The notes under the pieces were generated by a model, which saw nothing but the letters and a program-made list of their open reading frames with translations, had not been told where the DNA came from and did not search any database. A stretch of 63,737 nucleotides of DNA, filler included, from Octopus bimaculoides (Eukaryota): the NCBI RefSeq assembly GCF_001194135.2. It is 6 parts of 6 records of this genome, joined end to end, with 100 filler letters (N's around TTAATTAATTAA, not from the genome) between each part and the next. Parts side by side here need not be neighbours in the genome. Positions count along the whole stretch, not along the records: positions 3,758 to 32,792 come from NC_068982.1; 5 more parts are not named here. One strand, 5' to 3'. Positions 12,400-25,640 of this stretch are shown here, piece after piece (the stretch's first letter is position 1; each line of letters begins with the position of its first letter). Both the position numbers and the translations under genes were made by a program.

Positions 12400-14740
12400 G
12401 TATCCAATTAGAACATCTGTAAGGCTGATAGAATAAGCACAGTTAATGAGAGAATTCTTGAAGATTGCGGCTATGTCGTAAAAGCTATTAGGCAAAATTA
12501 CTTGCAAGAGCAGTAAAATTGCATGCATTGAATTGAATTCGTTGACAGGGGATTAGGTTCGTTAAAGCATCGAAATCAAAGATACTGTCACAGTAATAAA
12601 AGAAGCAGAGAAGATGCACGTTTGAGACATATTCTCCGCTGTGTTGTATCTTTTTCTTTACCAATCAGTTAGATAAACAGTATATTTCATACTCTGTAAT
12701 GTTTGTAGTGCCAAGGTAAAGGAGGTTTGGTTCTAATAGCGTATGGCTATACTCTGCCAATTTTGCGGAAACGCTGGGAAGAAAATATAGTATATAGGAA
12801 GAAAATATAGTATATAGGAAGAAAATATAGTATATAGGAAGAAAATATAGTATATAAAATTGAAAAGTAAAGTTGGAAATTCTATCTTCGCTTAGGGAAA
12901 TAAATACAAAGAAAAGTTATGCGAAAAAGAAAAGAAAGGCAATCACTTAGAAAATATAATGCTATCTGTAAAGAAGACATTTCTGGAACAGAAAGTATGA
13001 CTTAAGCTAATCATGTCACCAACGTTATGTAATAGCTTCTGTCGTGCGAATAGGAAACCGAAATGAAATACCAACACATTTTACATAGATAAAGAGTAAA
13101 AGAGCACCAGTTGGCACACAGACATCAAAAGAAATTCGAATGTATATTGAGAAAATATGGCTACGAAGAATTAAGATCGTAATTGAAGACAGTAATCAAC
13201 AGCAGAGGAACAGAGCAGAACCAGAACGTGCAATTCGAAGTTGTTAAAACTGATGAGATACAGTAGAGAGATATATAGGAAAGAAATTAGGAAAGAATGT
13301 TACTAAGCAGGCAGATTATTTTTACAAACTGAAACCTATACAATACATACATGAGTTATGTCATCCATTAAATAAATCTGTTGCTATTGTCATTGGATAT
13401 TTTTGTTTTAAACAGTAGTTTCGGCATAATAAATCGGAAGTGAGATACAGTGCAGAAATGCAGAGATAATATAGTAAAAACTAACGAAAAACTTACTGCG
13501 TTGCAAAGTCTTAATCCGATACATATAGGTAATACTTACAGATCACAGAAGGGCAACACACTCTGACACAAATACATACTACTATTACTTAGTAACGATA
13601 GAGAGTCTTGATAAATATTTAGATAGAAGCAGAAAGTAACATTTATTGTACCTTGAGAGCGCAAAGCAAATTAAATATAAATAATTGTTTTCTCTGCATA
13701 AGTATACAAAAGCATTTTAGATAAATAGTAAGAAGCACAACGGATTTTCAAAATTGAGCTTCAGATATACTTCAGAAAAGAAAAGTGGACAAGTAAATCA
13801 CTCCATAGGAAATATCCTGCAATAGTTTACCAAAAGGAAGTTAACACCGACTCCTGACTATTCAATCAACCCATAGCATAAAACGCCAGACCATCTCATT
13901 TGTCAGTCCCTGATACTGCAATTTTGCTATGTCCATTGACCATACGTTGACCCATCGAGATTAACACTGACACAAAATGATGCAAGCATATTTCAAACTA
14001 GCATAATATATGCCCGTGATGGTTGACAAGGAAGGCTTTCTGAAGGAACAAGCTAAAGGCAAGAATTTCTGAAGGATCAAGCTAAAGGCAAGGATTTCAG
14101 AAGGAAATTACTAAATATCATGATGAAAGACAAGTATTGACATCTTTGATGTCTGATTCTCATCTCGTTCTTTTTGTAGGTCATAAGAGTTTTGAAGTAG
14201 ACGTAGGACATGAGAGTTGAAACAGTACTAATAATACTCTGTCAACTTTGTATAATAAAAAACATGAAAATGCACCATACCAGTTCACATATTTCACATA
14301 CAAATACCACCTAAAATTTAGTTCCGTTCAGTATGACCCACATTTTTCTAAAGCTATTTTCAATTCAATAGCAAAGCTTGCACAGTAAACTCTCTATACG
14401 ACGTGCGTGACTAATACTGTAACCCGATCTTCATAACATTGAAATACAATCATTACAGCCGTTACATCCTTGTTAGACCAGCGAAAATTTCTTCACACCA
14501 AAGTCTTTAAAAAAAACAACAATTTAATAGTTAAATTATAAAATCGGGAAGATGGTCATAGCCGGCATCAATTTTCTTACGGATTTCATCAATAAGGGCT
14601 GATCTACGTCTGAGAAAGTCCAAAAACACAACTAACACATGCAGAGTTATAAACAATCTCCTTCGAATAAACAATATCTCAACTGATTCTACAAAATTGG
14701 CAATAGATGCTTTAACATATCTAACACAATTTAAAATCCA
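12400..14740 (+). mobile_element. Highly degenerate R4/Dong-type LINE (RT to endonuclease)
   Basis: EQ*NC (about 12510); GD.FSPL (about 12625); KEIRKECY (about 13282); SFGIINR...KTNEKLT...LNP (13418-13520); KWTSKSLHRKY (about 13785); weak endonuclease C-terminal similarity to about 14740. Confidence 0.7.
12777..12856. repeat. Perfect 20-bp tandem repeat x4 (GGAAGAAAATATAGTATATA)
   Basis: Directly visible. Confidence 0.95.
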
Positions 14741-14979
14741 TTAAAACTACACAACTCATAAAAAATGTAACAAGCAGCTGAAACAAATAATTATACCAGA
14801 AACAAACCAAATAAACCCCACAATTGTAAGATATAAACACTAATGGAGATTCCCAAAAGACAATGCTAGATGTGATGGCAGAATATAAACGTAATGGTAA
14901 AGCAGATGCTCGAATAGAAACTGCTGAAAAATAACAATCGTTGTGTTTCTAATTTAGATTCAAAATCAGCAATATTGAT

Positions 14980-15185
14980 GGTGGGTGTTAATCTAATTTA
15001 TCGACTTCAGGACTTCAGTGGTATTTTATTTATCCTAAAACATGAAAGGCAAGCTGACTTTGGCGTGATTTGATTAGGTGGCAGTGCAAGTATATTTTGA
15101 GCAGAGGTGTTATTGTATTATCTCGACGGTAGTACTTCACAGATACTTTACTATCGCAATCCCGAAGAGATGAAAGGTAATTTAG
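14980..15185 (-). mobile_element. Degenerate family A SINE fragments
   Basis: ATGAAAGGCAAGCTGACTTTGGCG and GATGAAAGG core remnants. Confidence 0.45.
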
Positions 15186-15243
15186 GTGTGTATGTCTTAC
15201 ATACGCCCTTATCTTTTACATCTCTCTCCCGCTCCCCCTCTGT

Positions 15244-15330
<87 letters not shown>

Positions 15331-15420
15331 CATATACACACACATATATATATATACATATACATATATATACATATACATACATGTATATGTATATATA
15401 TATATTATATTAGTATGCAT

Positions 15421-15464
<44 letters not shown>

Positions 15465-16199
15465 GCACGTCACACACACTTACTCTCTATTTCTCACTCT
15501 TTCACACACACATATAGATATATGAGTGTACTCGTTACTATATATATGTTATATCTTTCTTTCCTATTTAGAGTACTTTCTTTTCAGTTTTATGATGGTG
15601 TTAAATTTTTCAATTTTCTTGATGAAGCTGGAATTAAAAGAGAAAGACACTTATTTAAGATATAATGTAACTAAATACAAGAATATTGAAATATATTGAT
15701 TATATTTCTAGCAAAGAAATCGAACAAAGTTTGATATTCTTTAGAATATATTATCGAAAACAAAAATAACAAGAAACAACATAAGTATCATATGGACACT
15801 TTTCAGTGAAAAAGTTGGTTATTACCTAACACAAAATGCGTGCGCTATTTTTCGATATGATTTGAAATTCATATAAGAAAAACGTGCTTTGATATTTAAA
15901 TGATAACGCAAAAGTTTTCCCGGAGGATATTAAATTTCTATATATCACTATAGATTTATTAAATATTCCCTAAGGACGTTCTCGTTTGTAAATCATGTTT
16001 TCTCTCCAATAAATGTTAATATGGATATTTAAAGGCGCACGCTATTAATGGTGTAGCTTATACTATCCCACAGTTAAAGTTCTTACATTCGTTGATAATT
16101 TCCCTTTAGACACACTCCACCTTTCTTTGAAATAGCTGCTGTACTGTATATAGACATATATTTGACTATAGAAAATTACGTCTTTTAGGCAAAGTAATA

Positions 16200-18754
16200 A
16201 GTTTTCTGTTTTCAGAACTTACATCGAAAACATTTACCTGCGCTGTATCTAAATATACGACGACTACAAGAAATATCTCAGCTACTCCATGATATTCTTA
16301 CAAAAGACAATGAAAATACAAATCTATTGGCTACTTAAAGGTCCACCCATGATGACAAATGCTAAGTTTGTCGACTGAATCTCAGTTAAGAACATCTATA
16401 GTTATTTCACAATAGGTTTTATACCCTGTCTCGGCAGAAGCTAGAACTGCATCTCCCCAAAGCTATTTTCCTGCTTGCTTTTAGAAGGTGACACTATAGC
16501 GACATAAGCGGTGCGCTGCTAGAGCTTCCGTAATATATTTATTTGTTGCGTCTTACTGTATCTTCTGGTAAAAGCTCATCATTAAAATTGTCAGACAGCT
16601 CCCATGACTAGCCCGTATTTTCAGGATCGAAAGATACATTAATACCTAACAATTACGAATGCTCATGTAAAGTCAATGGTGAAGTACTGCTCTCACATAT
16701 GAATACACTCAGTTGCCCATGTCCAAATCCAGAAAAAGCCCATCCAAGCAACTGGCGGGTGTATATCAGTTCTAAGTTCTAATTTCAATGAAAACACATC
16801 AAGCGATCGGATGTTGCAATGCATCATTTGATGCAGAATAAAAACAGCGATGAAAATTATCCAATTCCTTACCTACAACGCCTTTTCTTACATTCCCATT
16901 CATAATGATATAGCAAGGCGAAAGTTGAATAAATTCAACACTTACAGCATTCTTCAGGCTGTATGCTCTCTTCCAAAATATTGCGTCCCGTCATGTTCAG
17001 TTCTACAATGAATGGACCTATATAAAATGGAGGCGTATAATGCAAAATGTAACTGTTGGGGAGATTAGAAGTTCATTTCAATGTTTTCTGTTGTAATTTG
17101 CATCGCATTAAGTGAGACATGTTTATAAATGGAGTTCTGATATATATTTAGCGGGCGGGATATAATCAGAAAATTCTGTATCCCAGGCTGTCGACTTTCT
17201 ATGAGATCTTTTCGTTATGCTGTTAAAATAACATCAACCGTCCAAACCTTCAGATTTGGCTCAAGTATTGTGATTATATTGTCGACGATTTCCAGCATCA
17301 AAATCAAAATACATACTCCACCATGGAGATAAAGTATAAAATGAATTTAACAATGCAGCACTCATCTGCAAGCTTAGAGAATTAAATGGATAAGAATATC
17401 ATCAAAAATTATGTTTAACTCGAACTAGCTGCACTGAATACGAAGTTTTTTTGCAACAGAGGTTTTGTGTGATACATCATATGATAATAACGCTAGCTAA
17501 TCGTGCGTCAACAAAAATTAATCTAGACTCACTGCAAACAAGAGTGGGGCGGTTTTATGTTATTCATTACAGCGTTCCCCAGAAAAAAATTAATTTTTTT
17601 TTTTTTTTGCCTGAAGTGCAGATGATACTGGAAAGAGGTTCGTGATAAATCTTTCATCTGCTAAAGTCCATCAGCGTAGCTATTGTAGTTGTTGTGTTAG
17701 GTATTACTGTCATACACTTCTGAAGCACAGACAAAACATTCTCTTTTCGTCTTTTACATTTTCACAGATGTTACCTCTCCTAGCAACATTGCCAATAATT
17801 TGGAACTCAACCATGTCATTGAGAGATACCAAATAATCATCTGGAATCCACACTCGATGCACACAAGAGAGGCCTGGAAGCACTGAATAACAACTTGCCG
17901 GACAAACTGGATGAATAGCAATGCTGTAATCAAGCTTTCACAGTGGTTCAAAATTAACGAAATCCGAGTGAATTCATGCTTTTATTAACTTGCCATTGTT
18001 TTCGATGAAAGTTAAAATCGAACAGAATATGTAAACATAAAAATCGTCTAATCATTTTACCGAAGATTTGTTAAAATTTCGAGAGAAAATATTTCCTTAA
18101 ACGGTATGGCGCCATTGATTCAGCTTCCATGATTGCAGATAGAAGACGAATTCGCATCGGTATTTCTTAGTCTGCAAATTTATTAACTGAAACATACAAT
18201 TCGCTATGCGAACAAGTGCTTGAGCAACTTTATGAACTGGTTGCTGTTGTAGGCACTTTAGGGAATTAGTGACAGCTACGGTTCAATACACATTCTGGTT
18301 TACTATTCTGTAGATTTAGCTCATCATGCAGAAGAATTTTCAGATGTATTGTATTTTACACTGACTTTTAGCTAAAATCAGATCTTTAATAGCTATACAG
18401 CATGATGTAGACCAACTCTGAAGTAGTACACGTCAGCAGTTTATAAATTTATGCCACGTCATAGAAAGGAAAACTAACTTCTTTAACTGCACTGAGAGAT
18501 AAGTTACAATTATATTCAGAATTCCAATAACGCCAACAGATGTTCAGCTTCGAATTAAACTAATTTAATCATATCAGACAATGTGTCTCAAGGGCTCGCA
18601 TTCACAGCTGCTAGACGGTAACTTGAGAAGTACTGCGTTTCTTAATGGCTGAATTTATTTAGGATGGTCAAGAGCAATGGAAGCACTTGTAATCGTCCGA
18701 TTGACTTTGGTAAAAAGTAAAAAAATCAGCGTGTATCCTGAGGTACTGACATAG
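16200..18754 (+). mobile_element. Helitron RepHel (Rep + PIF1 helicase) fossil
   Basis: Collinear degenerate motifs in shifting frames: NAHV (about 16660, Rep-like); SADDTGKRFVINLSSAKV (Walker A, about 17615); IIWN..SM / AHKRGLEALN (about 17835); AKIRSLI...L*SSTRQ...HVIE...FRIP; SQG...NLRSTAFLNG*IYLGWSR; terminal SVYPEVLT* (stop 18752-54). Confidence 0.85.
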
Positions 18755-19361
18755 CTCACTATCCCAAAGTTATGAAAGCACAAATCAAATATGATATAAG
18801 AAACAGTTGATATACTTTCTTGATCACTTCATCTCTGTTATCTTTTACTTGCTTCAGTGATTGTACTGTGACCATACTGGGGCAACACCCAGACGGATTT
18901 AGTTGCGCAAATAGACTCCAATGCTTATATCATGATGGATATATCTATTCCATAACTTGGCAAGGACGCAAGGAAACTGAAAAGCGAAGGTTTCGGATAA
19001 AATTACATTGCAGGGTAAAAGTTATGACGAGTTATAAATTTTTTTGATAATAATATCTTTAGTGATGTAGTAACTAATCTGCTATTAATTTATTGGTTTC
19101 AAGCAATAGACTACAACCATCTTGGGTACTTCCTTCAGACTTCAACTATTCATATCAACTCCATTACCTGAAACATTTAGGCACTTAAAGTTACTGGATA
19201 TAATTATAAACGACATCAGTTTTTAGAAAGTAAGCATAGACATAGTCAACAAAGACACTCTCTTGTACATACCGGTATATATATNNNNNNNNNNNNNNNN
19301 NNNNNNNNNNNNNNNNNNNNNNNNNNNNNNNNNNNNNNNNNNNNNNNNNNNNNNNNNNNNN

Positions 19362-19392
<31 letters not shown>

Positions 19393-20599
19393 TTGCCACG
19401 TGTATAAGGGTCTTGTCTAACGTTCCGTGCAAAAGGACTTGCCTAGAAACGCGGGGTAGCGAGACATACACCTCAACAGAAGTGCCAGGCCAGTACCTGC
19501 TGCGATAGTAAATATATTACAGAATAGAATTTCAGGAAAGAAAATTGTATAGAAAAGATGCAAATAGCTAATTCTTTACTACAGGATAGATAGAAAGAAA
19601 AAAAGAACCTAATATTGAAGGTTGAAAAAATATCTTCTTGCATAATAGAGATGTATATAATGTCAAAACTATTTTGATATTGTATAATGAAAATTATACA
19701 ATATCAATATAATAAAGATGTATGTAATGTCAAAATTTGCAATGAGTTTTGCCAAAAGCATATGTATACTAATGGTTAAATGAAAGAAAATGCTGGAACA
19801 CCGGTAGGTGGTCTAAACTATGAAAGGATTTACAATCGTATTGGAATTCTGCAAATTGATTTGATAGATTTTCTTCCAAAACTTCTGTGAATTATTTTTT
19901 CTGCAGTAAGTATATTTTTGGACTACAATGAAAGTTTCCTTAAAAATGGTGGAAGCAAAAATTTCACTTACGCAAGAACGATGAAATTATGTGAATTTTA
20001 GTTTCGAGAAATCTACCAAAAATAACGTCAGAACTATAAGCTTTTCATGCTCCAATATTACGATACAGTTTTATAAAGGGAGAAATAAATGAATTTCAGA
20101 AGCATCGAAATATAAAATGTTTTTAACATCACATCACAAGAACTAGAGCGGAATTTGCTAAAGAAATATTTAGGCTTCAAAGGATGGAAGCCAGCTACAA
20201 CTTGCGATAATGAAACGGAATATCATCTGAAAAGATTCCGTATAGGCAGCTTGCAGTGGTTTGAAAGAATCCACGGATTCTAAAAAAATGAAAATATGAT
20301 GAAAATGTGTGTATGCCTGGCAGACTTCCAGCTGCTGTTGATTAATGTTCTTAAAAAAGAGGAATGCATTCAGGAAAGCATTTTAATTTTAACTACTTCA
20401 ATCTAATGACGTTTAAATGTTTATTGCTAGTTTATTTCACACCAGATCTACAAAAGTCAACGAGTAGGCCTCTACCTCATGGTCAGTTGATTTGCTAGAC
20501 ATAACAACCAAGTCAAAATCGGTAAATGATGTAGTTCTAGATATGCAATACAAAAGAAAAGGATGAGTGACAAGAACAGAATACAATGGTAGTAAGTCT

Positions 20600-20945
20600 T
20601 CACACTTATGGCTGACCTGGTGAAACAGGACTAAATAACCGCAATAAACTTACATATTTATATTCACAAAAACAATGATGTATTACAAACATTATGCTTC
20701 TCGAGTCATACCGACACATAAGGGCCAGATTTCCAGTTTTCATGGCATATATATTCCCCACCTGGACCGGACGCTGTGCCACTACAGGACTACTCATTTA
20801 GGGATGCTGAGTGGTCTGGATCGAAATAAAATGAAAATGAAGTGTTTTGCTCGAGAACACAAGGCGTCACCCGGTTGGGAATCGAAACCACAATCTTACG
20901 ATCACGAGTCCAACACCCTAGCCACGAAGCCACGCGCCTCCAGAC
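20600..20945 (-). mobile_element. tRNA-derived SINE, third family
   Basis: Minus strand GGAGGCGCGTGGCTTCGTGGCTAGGGTGTTGGACTCGTGATCGTAAGATTGTGGTTTCGATTCCCAACCGGG followed by a CTCGAGCAAAACACTT core. Confidence 0.75.
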
Positions 20946-21099
20946 AAACATTATCCACATATATGCGCTTACCATGAGCCAACGTGAAAAGGCTTTGGCC
21001 AAGTCACTCGACGTATAAGAAACATTACCCAAATCATTCCATAAAAAAACAGATTATAATCTTCAAGAAAGGATACATCAATGATCTGGGGGCCAACAA

Positions 21100-21900
21100 C
21101 TACAATGTTGACAACTTTGGCACCGTTGCTTTAAGTAGATGTAGGCACTTATAATAGCAATGTGCGTAAATAGATGAGGAGTTTTTAAAGGGATCGACAA
21201 CCGGCCACTTAGTGAGAGACTTTCAACTGACGCAAATCTCCAGCAAGTGGACGAATTCATTCGCGAACAGACGACTCACAACGATAACAATGCTACCTAT
21301 AATCGCAGTGCATCACAGAAGATCATTTAATACTTTGAGCATCGGAGATTTGCGCAAAGAGCGCACATTGACAGCTAACACACTATTTCAACAAAAGAAA
21401 TGTCCAAGTCTGTATAAATGGGACAATAAAGTCACGTTATTTTTTGTGTTGACATGATATAAAACATAGCTGTGTTTTTATGAACTGAACATGAAGGCTT
21501 CTCTAATGCCTAACACGTTCAAGAGCCAACAATGGACATAATGGACATAGAAAGTCATGAAAGATTTGACAAGTCATCGTTGACTTTCGTTTTCTGGAAT
21601 GTAACAGATGACAAGTCATCATTGACCTTGATTTTCTGGGACATAGCAAACATCGAACGGTGGATGGCAAACTGAGATACTCAAAAAGCTTAGAGAAGCG
21701 TCTAGGAGGATGATTTCAAAGAAGTATCTTACAATGAGCCACGTTCACACAGACAGCGTTATCTTACATGTTTAACCATCAAATCATACAAGCGGCAAAA
21801 TGGATGTGTACCTCTCCTCCGACTACCGTACAGCCTGGATTTAGAGCCCTCTGATCTCCAGCTTTTTGGTCTAATGGAGGACTTTGCTGGGAATAATGGA
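21100..21900 (+). mobile_element. Degenerate mariner transposase
   Basis: PYSLDLEPSDLQLFGLM at about 21826-21880 matches the mariner PYSPDLAPSDFHLF motif. Weak N-terminal HTH-region similarity at 21150-21280; many stops. Confidence 0.7.
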
Positions 21901-21929
21901 TAGCGACCATTTTGGGGCAACCTCTAGTG

Positions 21930-22076
21930 TTTTAATTGAACAAACCGACTCCAATACTTATTTTTCAAGTTTGGTACTTAAGTCAATCGGTTTCTCAACT
22001 CCAAGTACTACGTTACGGGGACGTAACCAAATCCACAAGAGTTGTTATCATTCGTGGAGACACACACCCATACACA

Positions 22077-22114
<38 letters not shown>

Positions 22115-22782
22115 NNNNNNNNNNNNNNNNNNNNNNNNNNNNNNNNNNNNNNNNNNNNNNNNNNNNNNNNNNNNNNNNNNNNNNNNNNNNNNNNNNNNNN
22201 NNNNNNNNNNNNNNNNNNNNNNNNNNNNNNNNNNNNNNNNNNNNNNNNNNNNNNNNNNNNNNNNNNNNNNNNNNNNNNNNNNNNNNNNNNNNNNNNNNNN
22301 NNNNNNNNNNNNNNNNNNNNNNNNNNNNNNNNNNNNNNNNNNNNNNNNNNNNNNNNNNNNNNNNNNNNNNNNNNNNNNNNNNNNNNNNNNNNNNNNNNNN
22401 NNNNNNNNNNNNNNNNNNNNNNNNNNNNNNNNNNNNNNNNNNNNNNNNNNNNNNNNNNNNNNNNNNNNNNNNNNNNNNNNNNNNNNNNNNNNNNNNNNNN
22501 NNNNNNNNNNNNNNNNNNNNNNNNNNNNNNNNNNNNNNNNNNNNNNNNNNNNNNNNNNNNNNNNNNNNNNNNNNNNNNNNNNNNNNNNNNNNNNNNNNNN
22601 NNNNNNNNTATAAATATTTACGGCGAGCTTCTTTCAGTTTCCATCTACCAAATCTACTCACAAGGCTTAGACGGCCCGAGCCTATAGTAGAAAGCACTTG
22701 CCCAACGTTCCACGCAGTGGGACTGAACCTAGAACATTGTGGTTGGGAAGCAAGCTTGTTACTACGCAGCCACGCATGCAGC
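21930..22782 (-). mobile_element. Family B SINE spanning a gap at its internal microsatellite
   Basis: 3' half at 21930-22075, (CA)n plus gap, head half at 22618-22782. Confidence 0.7.
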
Positions 22783-24249
22783 AACATATATCTAGATCTC
22801 TATATATTTTTAATTGCATTTAATAAACTGAAGATTAAATATTTTACATTCAGTTTCAAAATTCACTTATGTAAGGAGTGTCAGAAATGTTTATAAATGT
22901 GACTCAACAGAAGCTCGTTTTAACTTCTCAAAATACTGGATCTTTTACTATATGAAAGCAAGTTGAAGAAACTGTTACGTTATAGGATAAGCTACGTGCA
23001 CTGAAAGCAACCACAAATTCGTGATCTTCGACAAGGGTACCCTCTCATGCTGACTCATCCGGGAAGAAATAACAGCCGAGTCACTTCAAAATATTAACTT
23101 AACACCTTAAAAATATGAAGGGATATACGAAACTTATAAGGTTCCTTCTAGATCATCTTTAGTGATAGCTCTTCTCAGTTCAGACTGATCAAGAGGATAA
23201 TAACAGCAAAAACGTAACATTTTATAAGAGAAAGAATTATCGTTAAATCTCCATACGAAAATAATTAAAGGGATACAACATTTGTGGATGATAGTATGTC
23301 ATCTTTTGAAAATATGGCTTTCTCTATAATATGCAAATGAACATACAGCCAGTACTATAGGCCATTTTACATTGAAACTGTTATAATCAAAATGCCCTAA
23401 ACGTGTTTATAAAATGCATGTCTTCAAAAACAGAGTTTAAATTCCTGTAAATTAACAACGTAAGAAAATATAAAGAATGTGTAATCAAGACCAAATGAAA
23501 AATCTCCGTAGTTTCTGAGGCAGAATGTCTGGGATTTTAAAACAACTATATTTTTGATTATATCTTCATATGTTTATTGCCGTTTTATTTAAATTCAGTG
23601 TTTTTATATTAAAAAATACAAGTGCAATGTCAGAGTATATAATTCAAACATTCGTATACACTTCTGTATTCGTACACAACTAGGGATATACAATTTCAAT
23701 GGGTGTGAATAGGAATATATGTATCTGTGTGTGCGGGATAGATGTGAGTGCAAGTGAATGTTGATATATATATATATATATATATATANNNNNNNNNNNN
23801 NNNNNNNNNNNNNNNNNNNNNNNNNNNNNNNNNNNNNNNNNNNNNNNNNNNNNNNNNNNNNNNNNNNNNNNNNNNNNNNNNNNNNNNNNNNNNNNNNNNN
23901 NNNNNNNNNNNNNNNNNNNNNNNNNNNNNNNNNNNNNNNNNNNNNNNNNNNNNNNNNNNNNNNNNNNNNNNNNNNNNNNNNNNNNNNNNNNNNNNNNNNN
24001 NNNNNNNNNNNNNNNNNNNNNNNNNNNNNNNNNNNNNNNNNNNNNNNNNNNNNNNNNNNNNNNNNNNNNNNNNNNNNNNNNNNNNNNNNNNNNNNNNNNN
24101 NNNNNNNNNNNNNNNNNNNNNNNNNNNNNNNNNNNNNNNNNNNNNNNNNNNNNNNNNNNNNNNNNNNNNNNNNNNNNNNNNNNNNNNNNNNNNNNNNNNN
24201 NNNNNNNNNNNNNNNNNNNNNNNNNNNNNNNNNNTGTGTGTGTGTGTGT

Positions 24250-24458
24250 GTGTGTTTGTGTGTCTGTGTTTGTGTGTCGCTTGACAACCGATGCTGGTGT
24301 GTTTACGTCCCCGTAACTTAGCGGTTCGGCAAAAGAGACCGACAGAATAAGTACTAGGCTTATAAAGAATAAGTCCTGGGGTCGATTTGTTCGATTAAAG
24401 GCGGTGCTCCAGCATGGACGCAGTCAAATGACTGAAAAAAGTAAAAGAGTAAAGAGTA
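24250..24458 (+). mobile_element. Family B SINE 3' half
   Basis: CGCTTGACAACCGATGCTGGTGTGTTTACGTCCCCGTAACTTAGCGG... Confidence 0.85.
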
Positions 24459-24461
24459 ATG

Positions 24462-24665
24462 TTTAAATAACAGACAGAGGACACCACTGGAAAATACGAA
24501 AACTAAAAGAGGCAGCACATATGCTAGGACATAATAACCTCTTACATAGACCGAGTACAAATATGAATAGCATATGGGAACCGGTATTAAGGAAGGATAT
24601 GAAAATACTAGATTTATAACCCCTAAAATTCACCCCATATTTTCTAGGCAGTGACCTGAATACTT

Positions 24666-24756
<91 letters not shown>

Positions 24757-24797
24757 TAATTATAATAATAATAATGATGATGATGAAGATGATGATG

Positions 24798-24860
<63 letters not shown>

Positions 24861-25020
24861 TCAAAAAATACATTAGGAATGAGAACGCAAGTTCTAAATT
24901 ACCTCAGGACACCTGATGAAGGCTGGAGAGTACATCAGCTGAAACGTTGTGTTAACAACAAACAAAATGAGAACAAATATCCATCAAATGTAAATAATGT
25001 AAATAATGTTCATATATAGT
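24462..25020 (+). mobile_element. Penelope-like element 3' end / pseudo-LTR (GIY-YIG C-terminus, microsatellite, HHR-1)
   Basis: Translates as ITDRGHHWKIRKLKEAAHMLGHNNLLHRPSTNMNSIWEPVLRKDMKILDL*, resembling the PLE GIY-YIG C-terminus. It is followed by (TAC)n/(TAA)n and the hammerhead. Confidence 0.75.
24908..24953 (+). ncRNA. Minimal type-I hammerhead ribozyme motif (HHR-1) in a PLE terminal repeat
   Basis: GACAC-CTGATGA(24913-19)-A-GGCTG/gagagtacat/CAGCT-GAAA(24941-44)-CGT-T^GTGTT. Stem I is 5 bp, stem II 5 bp, stem III is the palindrome ACGT with no loop (dimer type), and the cleavage triplet is GUU. Confidence 0.8.
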
Positions 25021-25032
25021 TCTCAAATATAG

Positions 25033-25099
<67 letters not shown>

Positions 25100-25204
25100 A
25101 GAGACCAAAGTTTTCTTTCCACAATCGAGTACCAAATTATCTTCACAATTTCAGCCAGCCCAAAGGGAAAACTAAGCTAAGAGCATTAGATTCCGTGGAA
25201 TCTA

Positions 25205-25297
25205 ATTCACATTTAACGGATATTTGTTCTCATTTTGTCTGTGGGGAATTTCGAACTTGCGTTCTCATTCCTAATGTATTTTTCGATATCATCGTCG

Positions 25298-25339
<42 letters not shown>

Positions 25340-25640
25340 CCATCATCATCAGTAGTAGTAGTAATAGTAGTATGCAGGTCACTGCTTGGAATCGAACTCG
25401 GAATCTTGGCGTTCGCGTTCCGCGCTCATAACTACTATGCCTTATGACCGTGGGCAATTATGGGGTGAATTTTAGGGGTAATAAATCTAATATTTTCCTA
25501 TCTTTCCTTAATATCGGTTCCCATATACTCCTCATATCTTCACTAGGTCTACTTACGAGGTTATTATATCCTAGCATAATATGCTGCCTCTTTTAGCTTC
25601 CGTAATTTTCAGTGGTGCCCACTATCTATTATTTAGATAG
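25205..25640 (-). mobile_element. Inverted second copy of the same PLE end; carries a tRNA-like segment and lacks the HHR
   Basis: The reverse complement aligns to 24462-25000 (e.g. CTAAAAGAGGCAGCA, ACCCCTAAAATTCACCCCATA, CATTAGGAATGAGAACGCAAGTTC). It has about 65 extra nt with A/B boxes, and the HHR segment is deleted. Confidence 0.8.
25377..25449 (-). promoter_or_regulatory. tRNA-like Pol III internal promoter (degenerate, not a functional tRNA)
   Basis: 73 nt with paired ends GGTCAT/GTGACC, an A-box-like AGGCATAGTAG (25432-42) and a B-box GAGTTCGATTCC (25388-99). Anticodon and T stems pair poorly. Confidence 0.55.

Noticed and set aside
12777-12856. CRISPR-like regular repeat
   Set aside because: Head-to-tail 20-mer without spacers in a eukaryotic LINE fossil; an ordinary tandem duplication.
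17767-17900. Strong plus-strand acceptor suggesting a host exon
   Set aside because: All frames stop early, and the sequence is explained by the Helitron helicase fossil.
19500-20400. Possible piggyBac-like remnant
   Set aside because: Only vague motif resemblance; no TTAA-bounded TIRs seen.
25377-25449. Functional tRNA gene
   Set aside because: Anticodon and T stems do not pair; treated as tRNA-derived promoter sequence.
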